Positions 39,501 through 50,903 of a stretch of DNA of 63,024 nt are shown here, piece after piece. The first letter of the stretch is position 1, and each line of letters begins with the position of its first letter. Made by a program: the position numbers and the translations under genes. The notes beneath the pieces were generated by a model, which ran no database searches, had not been told where the DNA came from, and worked only from the letters and a program-made list of their open reading frames with translations. Source of the DNA: Malacoraja senta (taxonomy: Eukaryota); contig JAXLNO010000709.1 in NCBI GenBank assembly GCA_038087875.1, positions 558,001 to 621,024 of the forward strand, in the 5' to 3' direction.

Positions 39501-42500
39501 AGATCGAAACCATCGCAAGGAAAGTGGTTATGGCGTCAACTGTGAAACCCTCTGCAATTTATGAATCAGGAATAACTGAGAAAGTTTCAGACAAACTGCA
39601 GCCTTCTCCAGAATTTGAGAGTTCTGGTGAAGAAACATTGAGTATTGGACACACTGGCTGGGTTGAACCTGATGTTTCCACACTGGAGATGAGCAGCCAA
39701 GAAACTCCAGTGACAAGCAGAACTATATTGGATGAGGAAGCTCTTCACAGTGCTGTTCCAGCAGCAACTGACCAAGAGACTGGAATAACAACATCTGGAT
39801 TACCTGACACACACACACGCACTGATGGTTTGATGGTAAAAGTCCAGACACAGGTGGAAGACAGGTCTGCAGCAACAGATGTGGCCGGTGAGAAAGAAAC
39901 CAGGTATACATTTGATTCAGTGACTAAAGGACTAGTCGAAGGAGAACGCCCTGTCACTGGTACTCCATTAATGAAAACAAAGTTACAAGAAACCACATCA
40001 GAAGCATCATCAGTGATCACCGGCATCAAAACCATCCCAGAGAAAGTGGTTACAGCAACAACTGTGAAATCTCCAGCTACTGTGGAAACGGAGATAACAG
40101 AGACAGTTTCAGTCAAACTACTTCCTTCTGTAGAATTTGAGAGTTCTGGTGAAGAGCTGATTACTTCCAAACAAATTGCACAATTTGGAACTGATATTTC
40201 CACCACAGAAATAAGCCCTACCCTTTTACCTGTCACCATTAAAACTCTAGTTGATGCAAAAACTCCCCAGAGCACCGTGACAGTTATTCGTGAGAGTGAG
40301 GAGGACATTTCTGGGTCTGGCTCGTCGGAGATACACACAGAGTGGGATGGTTTGCTGGTTAAAGTGCACACACAAACAACTGACAAGTCTGCATCTACTG
40401 TCGTGATTGGCGAGAAGGAAACCAGATATGTGTTAGTTCCAGTCACCAGTGAAACAGAAGAGGTTTCTCCTCATGATACAGTTACACCAGTCATTGGAAA
40501 AGCCTCATCAGAAATACCATCAGTGATCACTGAGATCGAAACCATCGCAGGGAAAGTGGTTATGGCGTCAACTGTGAAACCCTCTGCAATTTATGAATCA
40601 GGAATAACTGAGAAAGTTTCAGACAAACTGCAGCCTTCTCCAGAATTTGAGAGTTCTGGTGAAGAAACATTGAGTATTGGACACACTGGCCGGGTTGAAC
40701 CTGATGTTTCCACACTGGCGATGAGCAGCCAAGAAACTCCAGTGACAAGCAGAACTATATTGGATGAGGAAGCTCTTCACAGTGCTGTTCCAGCAGCAAC
40801 TGACCAAGAGACTGGAATAACAACATCTGGATTACCTGACACACACACACGCACTGATGGTTTGATGGTAAAAGTCCAGACACAGGTGGAAGACAGGTCT
40901 GCAGCAACAGATGTGGCCGGTGAGAAAGAAACCAGGTATACATTTGATTCAGTGACAAAAGAACTAGTCGAAGGAGAACGCCCTGTCACTGCTACTCCAT
41001 TAATGAAAACAAAGTTACAAGAAACCACATCAGAAGCATCATCAGTGATCACCGGCATCAAAACCATCCCAGAGAAAGTGGTTACAGCAACAACTGTGAA
41101 ATCTCCAGCTACTGTGGAAACGGAGATAACAGAGAAAGTTTCAGTCAAACTACGTCCTTCGGTAGAATTTGAGAGTTCTGGTGAAGAGCTGATTACTTCC
41201 AAACAAATTGCACAATTTGGAACTGATATTTCCACCACAGAAATAAGCTCTACCCTTTTACCTGTCACCAGTAAAACTCTAGTTGATGCAAAAACTCCCC
41301 AGAGCACCGTGACAGTTATTCGTGACAGTGAGGAGGAAATTTCTGGGTCTGGCTCGTCGGAGATACACACAGAGTGGGATGGTTTGCTGGTTAAAGTGCA
41401 CACACAAACAACTGACATGTCTGCATCTACTGTCGTGATTGGCGAGAAGGAAACCAGATATGTGTTAGTTCCAGTCACCAGCGAAACAGAAGAGGTTTCT
41501 CCTCATGATACAGTTACACCAGTCATTGGAAAAGCCTCATCGGAAATACCATCAGTGATCACTGAGATCAAAACCATCGCAGGGAAAGTGGTTATGGCGT
41601 CAACTGTGAATCCCTCAGCAATTTATGAATCAGGAATAACTGATAAAGTTTCAGACAAACTGCAGCCTTCTCCAGAATTTGAGAGTTCTGGTGAAGAAAC
41701 ATTGAGTATTGGACACACTGGCCTTTTTGAAACTGATGGTTCCACACTGGAGATGAGCAGCCAAGAAACTCCAGTGACAAGCAGAACTATATTGGATGAG
41801 GAAGCTCTTCACAGTGCTGTTCCAGCAGCAACTGACCAAGAGACTGGAATAACAACATCTGGATTACCTGACACACACACACGCACTGATGGTTTGATGG
41901 TAAAAGTCCAGACACAGGTGGAAGACAGGTCTGCCGCAACAGATGTGGCCGGTGAGAAAGAAACCAGGTATACATTTGATTCAGTGACTAAAGAACTAGT
42001 CGAAGGAGAACGCCCTGTCACTGCTACTCCATTAATGAAAACAAAGTTACAAGAAACCACATCAGAAGCATCATCAGTGATCACCGGCATCAAAACCATC
42101 CCAGAGAAAGTGGTTACAGCAACAACTGTGAAATCTCCAGCTACTGTGGAAACGGAGATAACAGAGAAAGTTTCAGTCAAACTACGTCCTTCGGTAGAAT
42201 TTGAGAGTTCTGGTGAAGAGCTGATTACTTCCAAACAAATTGCACAATTTGGAACTGATATTTCCACCACAGAAATAAGCTCTACCCTTTTACCTGTCAC
42301 CAGTAAAACTCTAGTTGATGCAAAAACTCCCCAGAGCACCGTGACAGTTATTCGTGAGAGTGAGGAGGAAATTTCTGGGTCTGGCTCGTTGGAGATACAC
42401 ACAGAGTGGGATGGTTTGCTGGTTAAAGTGCACACACAAACAACTGACATGTCTGCATCTACTGTCGTGATTGGCGAGAAGGAAACCAGATATGTGTTAG

Positions 42501-45500
42501 TTCCAGTCACCAGTGAAACAGAAGAGGTTTCTCCTCATGATACAGTTACACCAGTCATTGGAAAAGCCTCATCAGAAATACCATCAGTGATCACTGAGAT
42601 CGAAACCATCGCAGGGAAAGTGGTTATGGCGTCAACTGTGAAACCCTCTGCAATTTATGAATCAGGAATAACTGAGAAAGTTTCAGACAAACTGCAGCCT
42701 TCTCCAGAATTTGAGAGTTCTGGTGAAGAAACATTGAGTATTGGACACACTGGCCAGGTTGAACCTGATGTTTCCACACTGGAGATGAGCAGCCAAGAAA
42801 CTCCAGTGACAAGCAGAACTATATTGGATGAGGAAGCTCTTCACAGTGCTGTTCCAGCAGCAACTGACCAAGAGACTGGAATAACAACATCTGGATTACC
42901 TGACACACACACACGCACTGATGGTTTGATGGTAAAAGTCCAGACACAGGTGGAAGACAGGTCTGCAGCAACAGATGTGGCCGGTGAGAAAGAAACCAGG
43001 TATACATTTGATTCAGTGACTAAAGAACTAGTCGAAGGAGAACGCCCTGTCACTGCTACTCCATTAATGAAAACAAAGTTACAAGAAACCACATCAGAAG
43101 CATCATCAGTGATCACCAGCATCAAAACCATCCCAGAGAAAGTGGATACAGCAACAACTGGGAAATCTCCAGCTACTGTGGAAACGGAGATAACAGAGAA
43201 AGTTTCAGTCAAACTACGTCCTTCGGTAGAATTTGAGAGTTCTGGTGAAGAGCTGATTACTTCCAAACAAATTGCACAATTTGGAACTGATATTTCCACC
43301 ACAGAAATAAGCTCTACCCTTTTACCTGTCACCAGTAAAACTCTAGTTGATGCAAAAACTCCCCAGAGCACCGTGACAGTTATTCGTGAGAGTGAGGAGA
43401 AAGTGGATACAGCATCAACTGTGAAATCTCCAGTAATTGTGGAATCGGGAATAACAGAGAAAGTTTCAGTCAAATTACCTCCTTCTCCAGAATTTGAGGG
43501 TTCTGGGGAAGAACTGATTACTGCCGAAAAAATAGTTCGATTACACCCTACTATTTCAACGATAGAAATTAGCTCTACTCTTTTACCAGTGACTAGTAAA
43601 ACTCTAGTGGATGTGGAAGCTCTCCAGAGCACTGCTACAGATGAACGTGAATCTGTGGAGGATTTTTCTGGTTCTGGCTTGCCTGAGGCACACACAGAGA
43701 TGGATGGTTTGCTCGTCAATGTGCACACACAGGTGGCAGATCAGTCTGCATCAACAGTCGCTTTTGGTGATAAGGAAACCACATACACATTTGCCCCAGA
43801 CACCATTGTAATCGATGAGATGTATCCACCTACTTCAATGACACCTGGAATTGAAAGGCAGTCTCAGGGATCTACAATAGAAGCACAATCTATAATCGCT
43901 GAGATCCAAACCATTTCAGAGAAAGTTATTGAGGAACCATCTGTGCAACCTCCAGCAACTGACGTATCTGGAATAACGGAGAAGGATTTGGACAAACAAC
44001 CTCCTTTCCTGGAAGTCTTTGAGAGTTCTGGCGTGGAGATGTTTACAGTTAAGCAACCAATTCAGTTGTCTATTGATGATTCCTCTCCAAAAATGAGCAG
44101 CCAACCGGTTACCTTGTTGAACAAAACGTTTTTGGATGAGGAAGCACTCCATACAGCAGTTACAGCTGCACCTGGTAAATGGAAAGGAATTTTCACACTT
44201 GGGCCAATGACCCACACAGAGGCAGGGGATCTGCTGGTGAAAACCTATTCACAACTGGACGTCAAGTTTCCGACGAGTGGTTTTGAGAGCGAAAGTAGGT
44301 TTATGTCAGTTTCAGTTATAGGGGAAATGGTGGGTGGCGTTCGCCATGAAACCGTCACACCATCATTTGAACTAAAGTCTCAAAAATCCACATCAGAAGC
44401 AACAGCAGCAAGTACAGTGTTGCAAAGCAGGCCAAGAACCATGGCGACAGAGTCTTCTGAGAGATCTCCAGCAATTAGATTACCTACTGCAACAGACCAG
44501 CATTCACAGGAGCCGACACCTTTTTCAGTCATTAAGAGTTTTGATGAAGAAACATTTGGCACTGAATCATCTGCCAAAGATGGTACAGAGATTTTGGTTT
44601 CAAAATTGAGTGGCACTGTTACATTATTAAGTACAAGTGTTCTCCATGCTGATGTTACTCTAGCAGGGGAGGAAGGCATGTCTGCTAAATCAGAGCTATC
44701 TGTAAAATCCTCAACTGAAGGATCCACTCCATCAATGATAAAGACAGCCTCAGAGATTCAGGCTGGGGAAGTTGAAAGTTCAGGTGAAGACATTTTTACT
44801 ATTACAACTCTGTCATTAGTCACGGGCATCTCTGATGAAGATAGCAAGGCTAAGGAAGGTACTTTGATATCAGAGGTCACCCAGCAAATTTCAGTGACAA
44901 AAAAACCATCAGCGATATCATCCACAGATTCCTTAGTTGAAATTACAAATATAAGTAAGAAACCAATGGAGATTGAGCGGGAGCCTGAGATGGTTACAGT
45001 GGGACAGAAGCCAAAATTGGTGTCAGAAGAAAGTGCTGAAGGAGTGGAAGATGTACTAAGCCAGACTTCAGAATCAGAACACTCTGAAGAAGGAGGGGAT
45101 AGTACAAGTGAAGAAGACTCAACTGAGAGGACAGTTCTGATAACTAGAGATTCTATGGAAGTAAGCTCAAGCACAATTGTCCCATTAAGTGTGCAGGAGA
45201 GCTCTGGTGAAGGTCGTCATACAATAAAAGTCCAGCCAACCATTTTCACTGCAGGACCACAAGAGAAAATTGAACTTTCTAGTGAACCAAAATTGCAACC
45301 AACTGAAGGTTACTACAGGCAGTCAACATTTCCCAAGGAGCAATTGAGGGGTGTTCATGAGGGAACCAGTGAAACAGTCCTTATTTTTACCGTGGAAGCA
45401 AGTTCTTCTAATTTAACAGAGATAAAGTCTGACATCCAACCTGCTACTACTTATGTCCCTGATCTGACAGGTGAAGAGTTTTTATCAAAGGAACCTCAAA

Positions 45501-47678
45501 TAGTTGTTAGCAGTATTCACGTCAACAAAACAGCAGAAATTACTGAAACTCCTGTCCTAACCGTAAGTGAAAAGGATGGTTTTCAGCCTCGGGTGGTTCA
45601 TGGGGTAAGCATCCAAGATGGCTATCACTTGAATTACACACAAATCATTCAGAGCATTGAGACTGGACAGATAGATCATAAGAAATTTGACCTTATGCGA
45701 CACACTGTTAAAGAAGAACTGACAAAGATCCAACAGGGTACAATGGAATCTGTAGTTGAGATAACAGGGTCACCAACAATTTCCAGCGATGATGCAGATG
45801 AACTGCCAGGAGATGAAAGTACTGATGGTCCTCATGAATATATTAGTGTAATTTATATTAATGGGAAGGACAGTGGGTTGAGCATTCTGGAGGAACAGGA
45901 AATCGGAATCAGCACAAAATCAGATGGTATAATTGATGCTGATAGAAAATTAGAGGATGTTAGACAGGAAATTGAAGTAAAAATTGTGTCTCCAACTCAT
46001 CTACCAAAGGATAATGTAACGCAAAGTTTGGAAAAGATCAAAACTGAGGCAGTGAAGTATGATGACACTGAAGACGGGAGTAAATTCATTAAGACAGAGA
46101 TTGATGGATCAGGAGATCTGTCTTCACCTTTAATGACAGTGACACCGGAACAAACACAAACAATCAGCACAATGGTTTCCTTTGATAAAATCAGACCAAG
46201 TGTGCATGAACTTCATACAGAGAAGGATACATTACCTCCATTGATGGGCACAATTGTACCAGGAAGAGTTGCAGACACCTCTCGAGAAATAGTGTCCACT
46301 TCATTCACTGAAGATATGAAGGAGAATGTGTCACAAGCCGTTTCTGGTAAAGAAGAGATGCTCGCAGCAACTGTGAGGACTACTCTGAAAGAAGGAGATG
46401 GTCCAAGTACATTTTCAGAAACCTCAACATACTTAATGGTCAATGGTACAGAGTACTCAAGTGTTCGGTCTGCAACTGAGCAGGAGAAGCCCATCGAAGC
46501 CTTTGGTACATTCAAAGAGGAATTTTCTGGAGACAGCACTGTAAGAACTGAAGGTAAAATATTGAGTGACATGCCAGTTAAAGCTGCCACCTCTACACCC
46601 ACCTCATCTGCATTTGTTTTTAAAATAATCACTACGAAAAGTCTGTCCATGAAATCAACTTCTGTGCCCACAGCTGAAGAGCAGTCGGTAATTTTGACGC
46701 AGAGACCCAGAACACCCGTGGAGGTATCCACAGCTAGTTTTATCTCATCGCCTGCTGAAGTTTTTGTACACGAAAAAGAACATACAACAAAGAAGCTCTC
46801 TGAAGAAAAGCCGGATGAAGAATTTAAAGGCACACAAGCCACAACACTGGGAATGAAAGTGGAAGAAACGGGAAGTTTGACGACAGGAGCAAGTCAGATA
46901 ATAATGTGGCCGACTATTATTCATGAAGAGGTTTCACAAATGGCAGGCAGGAGGACCGAGGAGGGCATAGATGATACCACAGCTTCATCCGAACTTGATG
47001 TGACATTGCAACAAATGGGAAGCTCAACAGAACACTCCATTCCCCTTGAAACATTTGAGAAAGAATCGCTCAGAACAACAGCTTATATGGTAACTGAGCA
47101 AGAAGTTTCTTTGCATGAAGCAAAGAGGCCTGCTAAAGAACATGGTGTTGGAACAACAATCGATTCCCAAGGAGTCACACTTGAAGAAGTAAAGGCTTCA
47201 ACAACAGAAAAAGTCTATGTGGAGATTTCTAAAGAGACCGTGGTCAGTACTTCATTTTTACAGCCATCTACAGAACGTAAAGCTGAAAAGGATGTAATGG
47301 AAGCCGCCAGGGTCACGACAGTTCCCCCTTCTTTATATCGGAGCTCGACAGGGAAGCTGAAGACATTGGAGCAACAGGATCTCCAAAATACGACGGTCGT
47401 GTCACTTGATAGGCAAACAAAGTTAAAGGAAATCCAGACTACCCCATCTTCACCACCTGACAGATCAGAAGATCGGAGGTTAACACAAGCCCCTAAACTC
47501 TTGGCAAGAAGCACCGATGTTACTGAAACAGAATCTGACATCAAAATAACGGAACCAATGGTGGCATCAACAATTCATCCGGCAATTATTTCTGATATTG
47601 ATTATTGGGGCTTTAATAAAACCGGTGAAACCATAACTGGAAGCGGGCCGGACGATGGAGAGGCTGTTCATATTCCAG
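24582..47678 (+). CDS. vcan: Versican giant GAG-beta-type (chondroitin sulfate attachment) internal exon, 23,097 bp / 7,699 codons
   Basis: Lies inside the stop-free 7742-aa ORF. Acceptor is ttttttaatgtatttacAG (AG 24580-24581) and donor is CAG|GTATGA (GT 47679-47680); both are phase 1 and the length is divisible by 3. N-terminal SFINGK...EEARGDQVERVSP resembles human versican QYINGK...DPEAAEARRGQFESVAP. C-terminal GEAVHIP(G) resembles GTAIYLPG, which precedes EGF1. Ser/Thr/Glu-rich with many acidic SG sites. Confidence 0.93.
25960..29558 (+). repeat. Diverged older copies (about 7 half-units, ~515-bp period) of the exon repeat
   Basis: (D/E)FESSG-like motifs near 26200, 26700, 27220, 27740, 28260, 28775 and 29305, with recurring PSVITEIKT, GLPEAHT and GLLVKVHT. 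Boundaries approximate. Confidence 0.85.
29559..43399 (+). repeat. Coding tandem array: 13 full units plus one partial unit of 1,032 bp (344 aa)
   Basis: Marker ccggtgagaaagaaacc recurs at 29559, 30591, 31623, 32655, 33693 ... 42981. Period is 1032 except for one unit of 1038, which has an in-frame actcta duplication at 33014-33025. Confidence 0.97.
43400..44560 (+). repeat. Diverged 3' flanking copies of the exon repeat
   Basis: EFEGSGEELIT near 43490, VFESSGVEMFT near 44015, plus GLPEAHT and DEEALHTAV motifs that decay progressively. End approximate. Confidence 0.75.
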
Positions 47679-48900
47679 GTATGAAATATAATGTAGAATA
47701 TTTTATTCTTTCGATTTTTAATACTAAATGGCGAGGCAGAGAAAATATGGTGTGGAATCTGTTATGAATAAATATCACTTTGCTTTTGTAGGTAATTTAT
47801 ATTTCTTTGTGTTTTTGAAGGGCATTTTCCAAAAAGAGACATTTCAGTGCAGAGCCTCATTCACCAGGAGTGGGGTATTTGGAAAAGACGGAAAATAGGA
47901 ATTACATCACAATTTTCCTAATCAGTGCTCTCTGCAGGAAAAACTCTTGCTTCAGAATTAATTATTCATTCACATCCCCATTTTGTTTAACAGAGAAACT
48001 TTAGTTTTGATCTGGACCACTCTGCCAAATGAAATACTTAACAAAAATAGCATACAAGTAGAATTAGTTTTGTCTTACATAAGTACCTAATATAGTCTAA
48101 GTGTAACATTGGTGGACACTGCAGCAAAACCTATTAAGTGGACTTGCCTTTTAGAAATAATAGTTTTGGACTTTTAAGCTGGTTGCTTGTTTGATTTTTA
48201 TACGTGATGCCAATTATAGCTTTTGATTGTCCTATATAAACTGAATCGCAGGGATTCGTTTAACTGTTCACCTACCAAAAATCCAGCTAAGTCTCAACAT
48301 AGCAGACTGTGCAGAGTCAGGTAGGGTCTATGGAGAAACAGAAGCCAGTGAGGTCTGACAAGTCTTTCTCAGGACTGCAGGGTCCTGCAAAAAGGACACC
48401 ACTTAAAAAGGAAGAGAACAGGAGAAAGATACTTTTTTTTTTTTTTTAATTCACGCAGGAAAGTTGTTAAAATTAGTGAAGTGCCTGGATGAGAATCATG
48501 GTGAGAAAGAAATGATTAAAGGAAGTCCATGCTAGTGAATGTGTGAATGGATAAACTGAACATTGTTAGAGGTCTGGTGGCTCGGGATTTCAGAATTGTT
48601 TCAACAGAGGCTTCCCAAACCAAAGATTAAACCAATGCCTTCCACCAAACCAAACCAGGATTACTGATACATTTCCCCCCACAGTGCTGGCACTTAATAC
48701 CGACAGAGAAATTTGAAAGTTGCCCTTTTTGGCAAATGTCCCTTAAAAACACAAAGAAAATTGTACAAACCTGACGGCTGCAAAAAGGCTGCTGGAAAGA
48801 TGTGGCTCTGTGTCTTGACATTATAGGAATATTACTGGATGTTATTTAGGAGCCGAAAATAGAAGATAGAAGAAGTGAGAGAATTCTTTTGTAAAAAAGG

Positions 48901-49300
48901 AAACATAGAAACATCGAAAATAGGTGCAGGAGTAGGCCATTCGGCCCTTCATGCCTGATCATCCAAAATCAGTACCCCATTCCTGCTTTTTCTCCATATA
49001 CATTCATTCTCTTAGCCCTAAGAGCTCTATCTAATTCTCCCTTGAATACATCCAGTGAATTGGCCTCCACTGTCTTCTGTGGCAGAGAATTCCACAGATT
49101 CACAACTCTCTGGGTGAAGAAGTTTTTCCACATCTCAGTCCTGAATGGCCTACCCCTTATTCTTAAACTGTGACCCCTGGTTCTGGACTCCCCCAACATC
49201 TGGAACATTTTTCCTGCATCTAGCCTGTCCAATCCCTCAAGAATTTTATTTGTTTCTGTAGGATATCCTCTCATCCTTCTAGATTCCAGTGAATGTGAAG
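48901..49300 (-). mobile_element. CR1/HER1 LINE 3' fragment
   Basis: SLESRRMRG...FFTQRVVNLWNSLPQ and an aaacatagaaac tail. Confidence 0.88.
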
Positions 49301-49859
49301 CAAAAGGAATCTTCAAGTTAAAAATTATTTATTGTGAATTTTTAATGCCAAAGCTTATATATTTTTTCTTTCACCATTTCTCTCTCGGTGCCTGAACTGA
49401 ATTCACCCTCTACCTCAGTCATTTTTTCCACTTTTTACTATCTTTAAATCTCATGAATCAATGTGGAATACTAACTATTTATCCCTGTGCCATGACAATC
49501 TTAAAATATTACTTCAGGCAATCTACCTAAAAATTGGTCTCCGAAGTAGGAATTTTAGATAAAACCCATGCAAGTACAAATGCTTAAATACTTTAGCACT
49601 TAGCTCTTTTAAATAAACATCTGTTGCTAATAGCTAGCCAACCCAAATTAAAACAAAATAGTGTATTAAAACTGTTTTGGTCAGTGCCTCTTAAAGAAAA
49701 GCCATGTAAAAAAAACCCCAATGTATTAACCCCTTGGTGTCAGGTTAATTAATACCAATTTGCCAAATTGATACTCCAGTAAAGAGGAACTAGATCTGAG
49801 AAGCATTCTTACAAACAAATTCAGACATTGATTTTAATGCAATGTGCACCATTGCAAGT

Positions 49860-50790
49860 CCCTTTCTCCTCTCCCGTCCGGCAAAAGGTACAGAAGTGTG
49901 AAAACGCACACCTCTAGATTGAGGGACAGTTTCTTCCCAGCTGTTATCAGGCAACTGAACCACCCTACCACAACCAGAGCAGTCCTGAACTACTATCTAC
50001 CTCATTGGTGACCCTCGGACTATCTTTAAGAAAGAACTGCAGATGCTGGACAAATCGAAGGTAGACAAAAATGCTGGAGAACTACGTTTTTGGACCTATT
50101 ACAAGCATGAGGTGCAATAGTAATTTAGAAAAACAAATAAATAAATAAAAGGTATCTGGACCTGGTAATGGGAGGTAAAATAAAAACAGACTTGGTTGGT
50201 AGTTCCTTCTCTATGAAGTATGGTATAAGAGTTATAATAGAGCGATTGTTCCTTCTTTCTTTCTCTTTTTTTTTCTAGGGTCTATTTTCTAACTTTACTT
50301 CCTTCTCTAACTTCTTTTCTAAGGGGCTTTCTTTTCCCAACACTCTTTTGCACTTCACAACCTTTGCGCACTTTCTTCACTTTTCTTACTTCTTTCTTTT
50401 TCTTTCTTAAAGTTTAAAAAAGTGAAGCGGTACAAAAAATGTATTAATATATACGTGTTGTACATTACTGTAATCTACCGTACTTCTAAAAAATAAAAAA
50501 TAAAAAAAAATAAAAAAAAAATAAAAAAAAATGCTGGAGAAACTCAGCGGGTGAGGCAGCATCTATGCAGCGAAGGAGTAGGCGACGTTTCAGGTCGAGA
50601 CCCGACTATCTTTTATCGTACTTGCTGGCTTTACCTTGTGCTAAACCTTATTCCTTTATCATGTATCTATACACTGTAAATGGCTCGATTGTAATCATGT
50701 ATTGTCTTTCTGCTGACTGGTTAGCACACAACAAAAAGCTTTTCACTGTACCTCGGTACACGTTAGAAGAAATTAAACTAAATGAACTAA
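49860..50790 (+). mobile_element. Rex1/Babar-like LINE 3' end carrying nested insertions
   Basis: Encodes LPSGKRYRSVKTHTSRLRDSFFPAVIRQLN at ~49869-49960. The UTR is split at the duplicated gactatcttt (50018-50027 and 50604-50613). Confidence 0.75.
50082..50526 (+). mobile_element. L1-like 3' fragment with A-rich tail and 15-bp TSD
   Basis: TSD aaaaatgctggagaa at 50067-50081 and 50527-50541. Short TFLDLLQA* ORF end. A-rich tail with aataaa units at ~50488-50526. Confidence 0.7.
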
Positions 50791-50903
50791 TTTGTCACAT
50801 GTCATTAGATTGTCATTTTTATTCGGGTTTTTCTGTGAATAAATGTTCACTGGTTAAAATCTAACTGCACTTGCTCATTTCTCAATATTTGCATTTGTCA
50901 CAG

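Noticed and set aside
29559..43399. CRISPR-like array or pure assembly artefact
   Set aside because: There is no repeat-spacer structure and the locus is eukaryotic. Units carry private and haplotype-structured variants, although the exact copy number still needs read support.
29464..43728. Recurrent 233-aa and 62-aa minus-strand ORFs
   Set aside because: They are antisense shadows of the coding repeat and recur only because the unit recurs.
24539..47767. The 7742-aa ORF as a complete single-exon gene (mucin or adhesin)
   Set aside because: It has no signal peptide. The first 14 and last ~29 codons lie outside clear splice sites, and versican motifs plus downstream EGF exons identify it as an internal exon.
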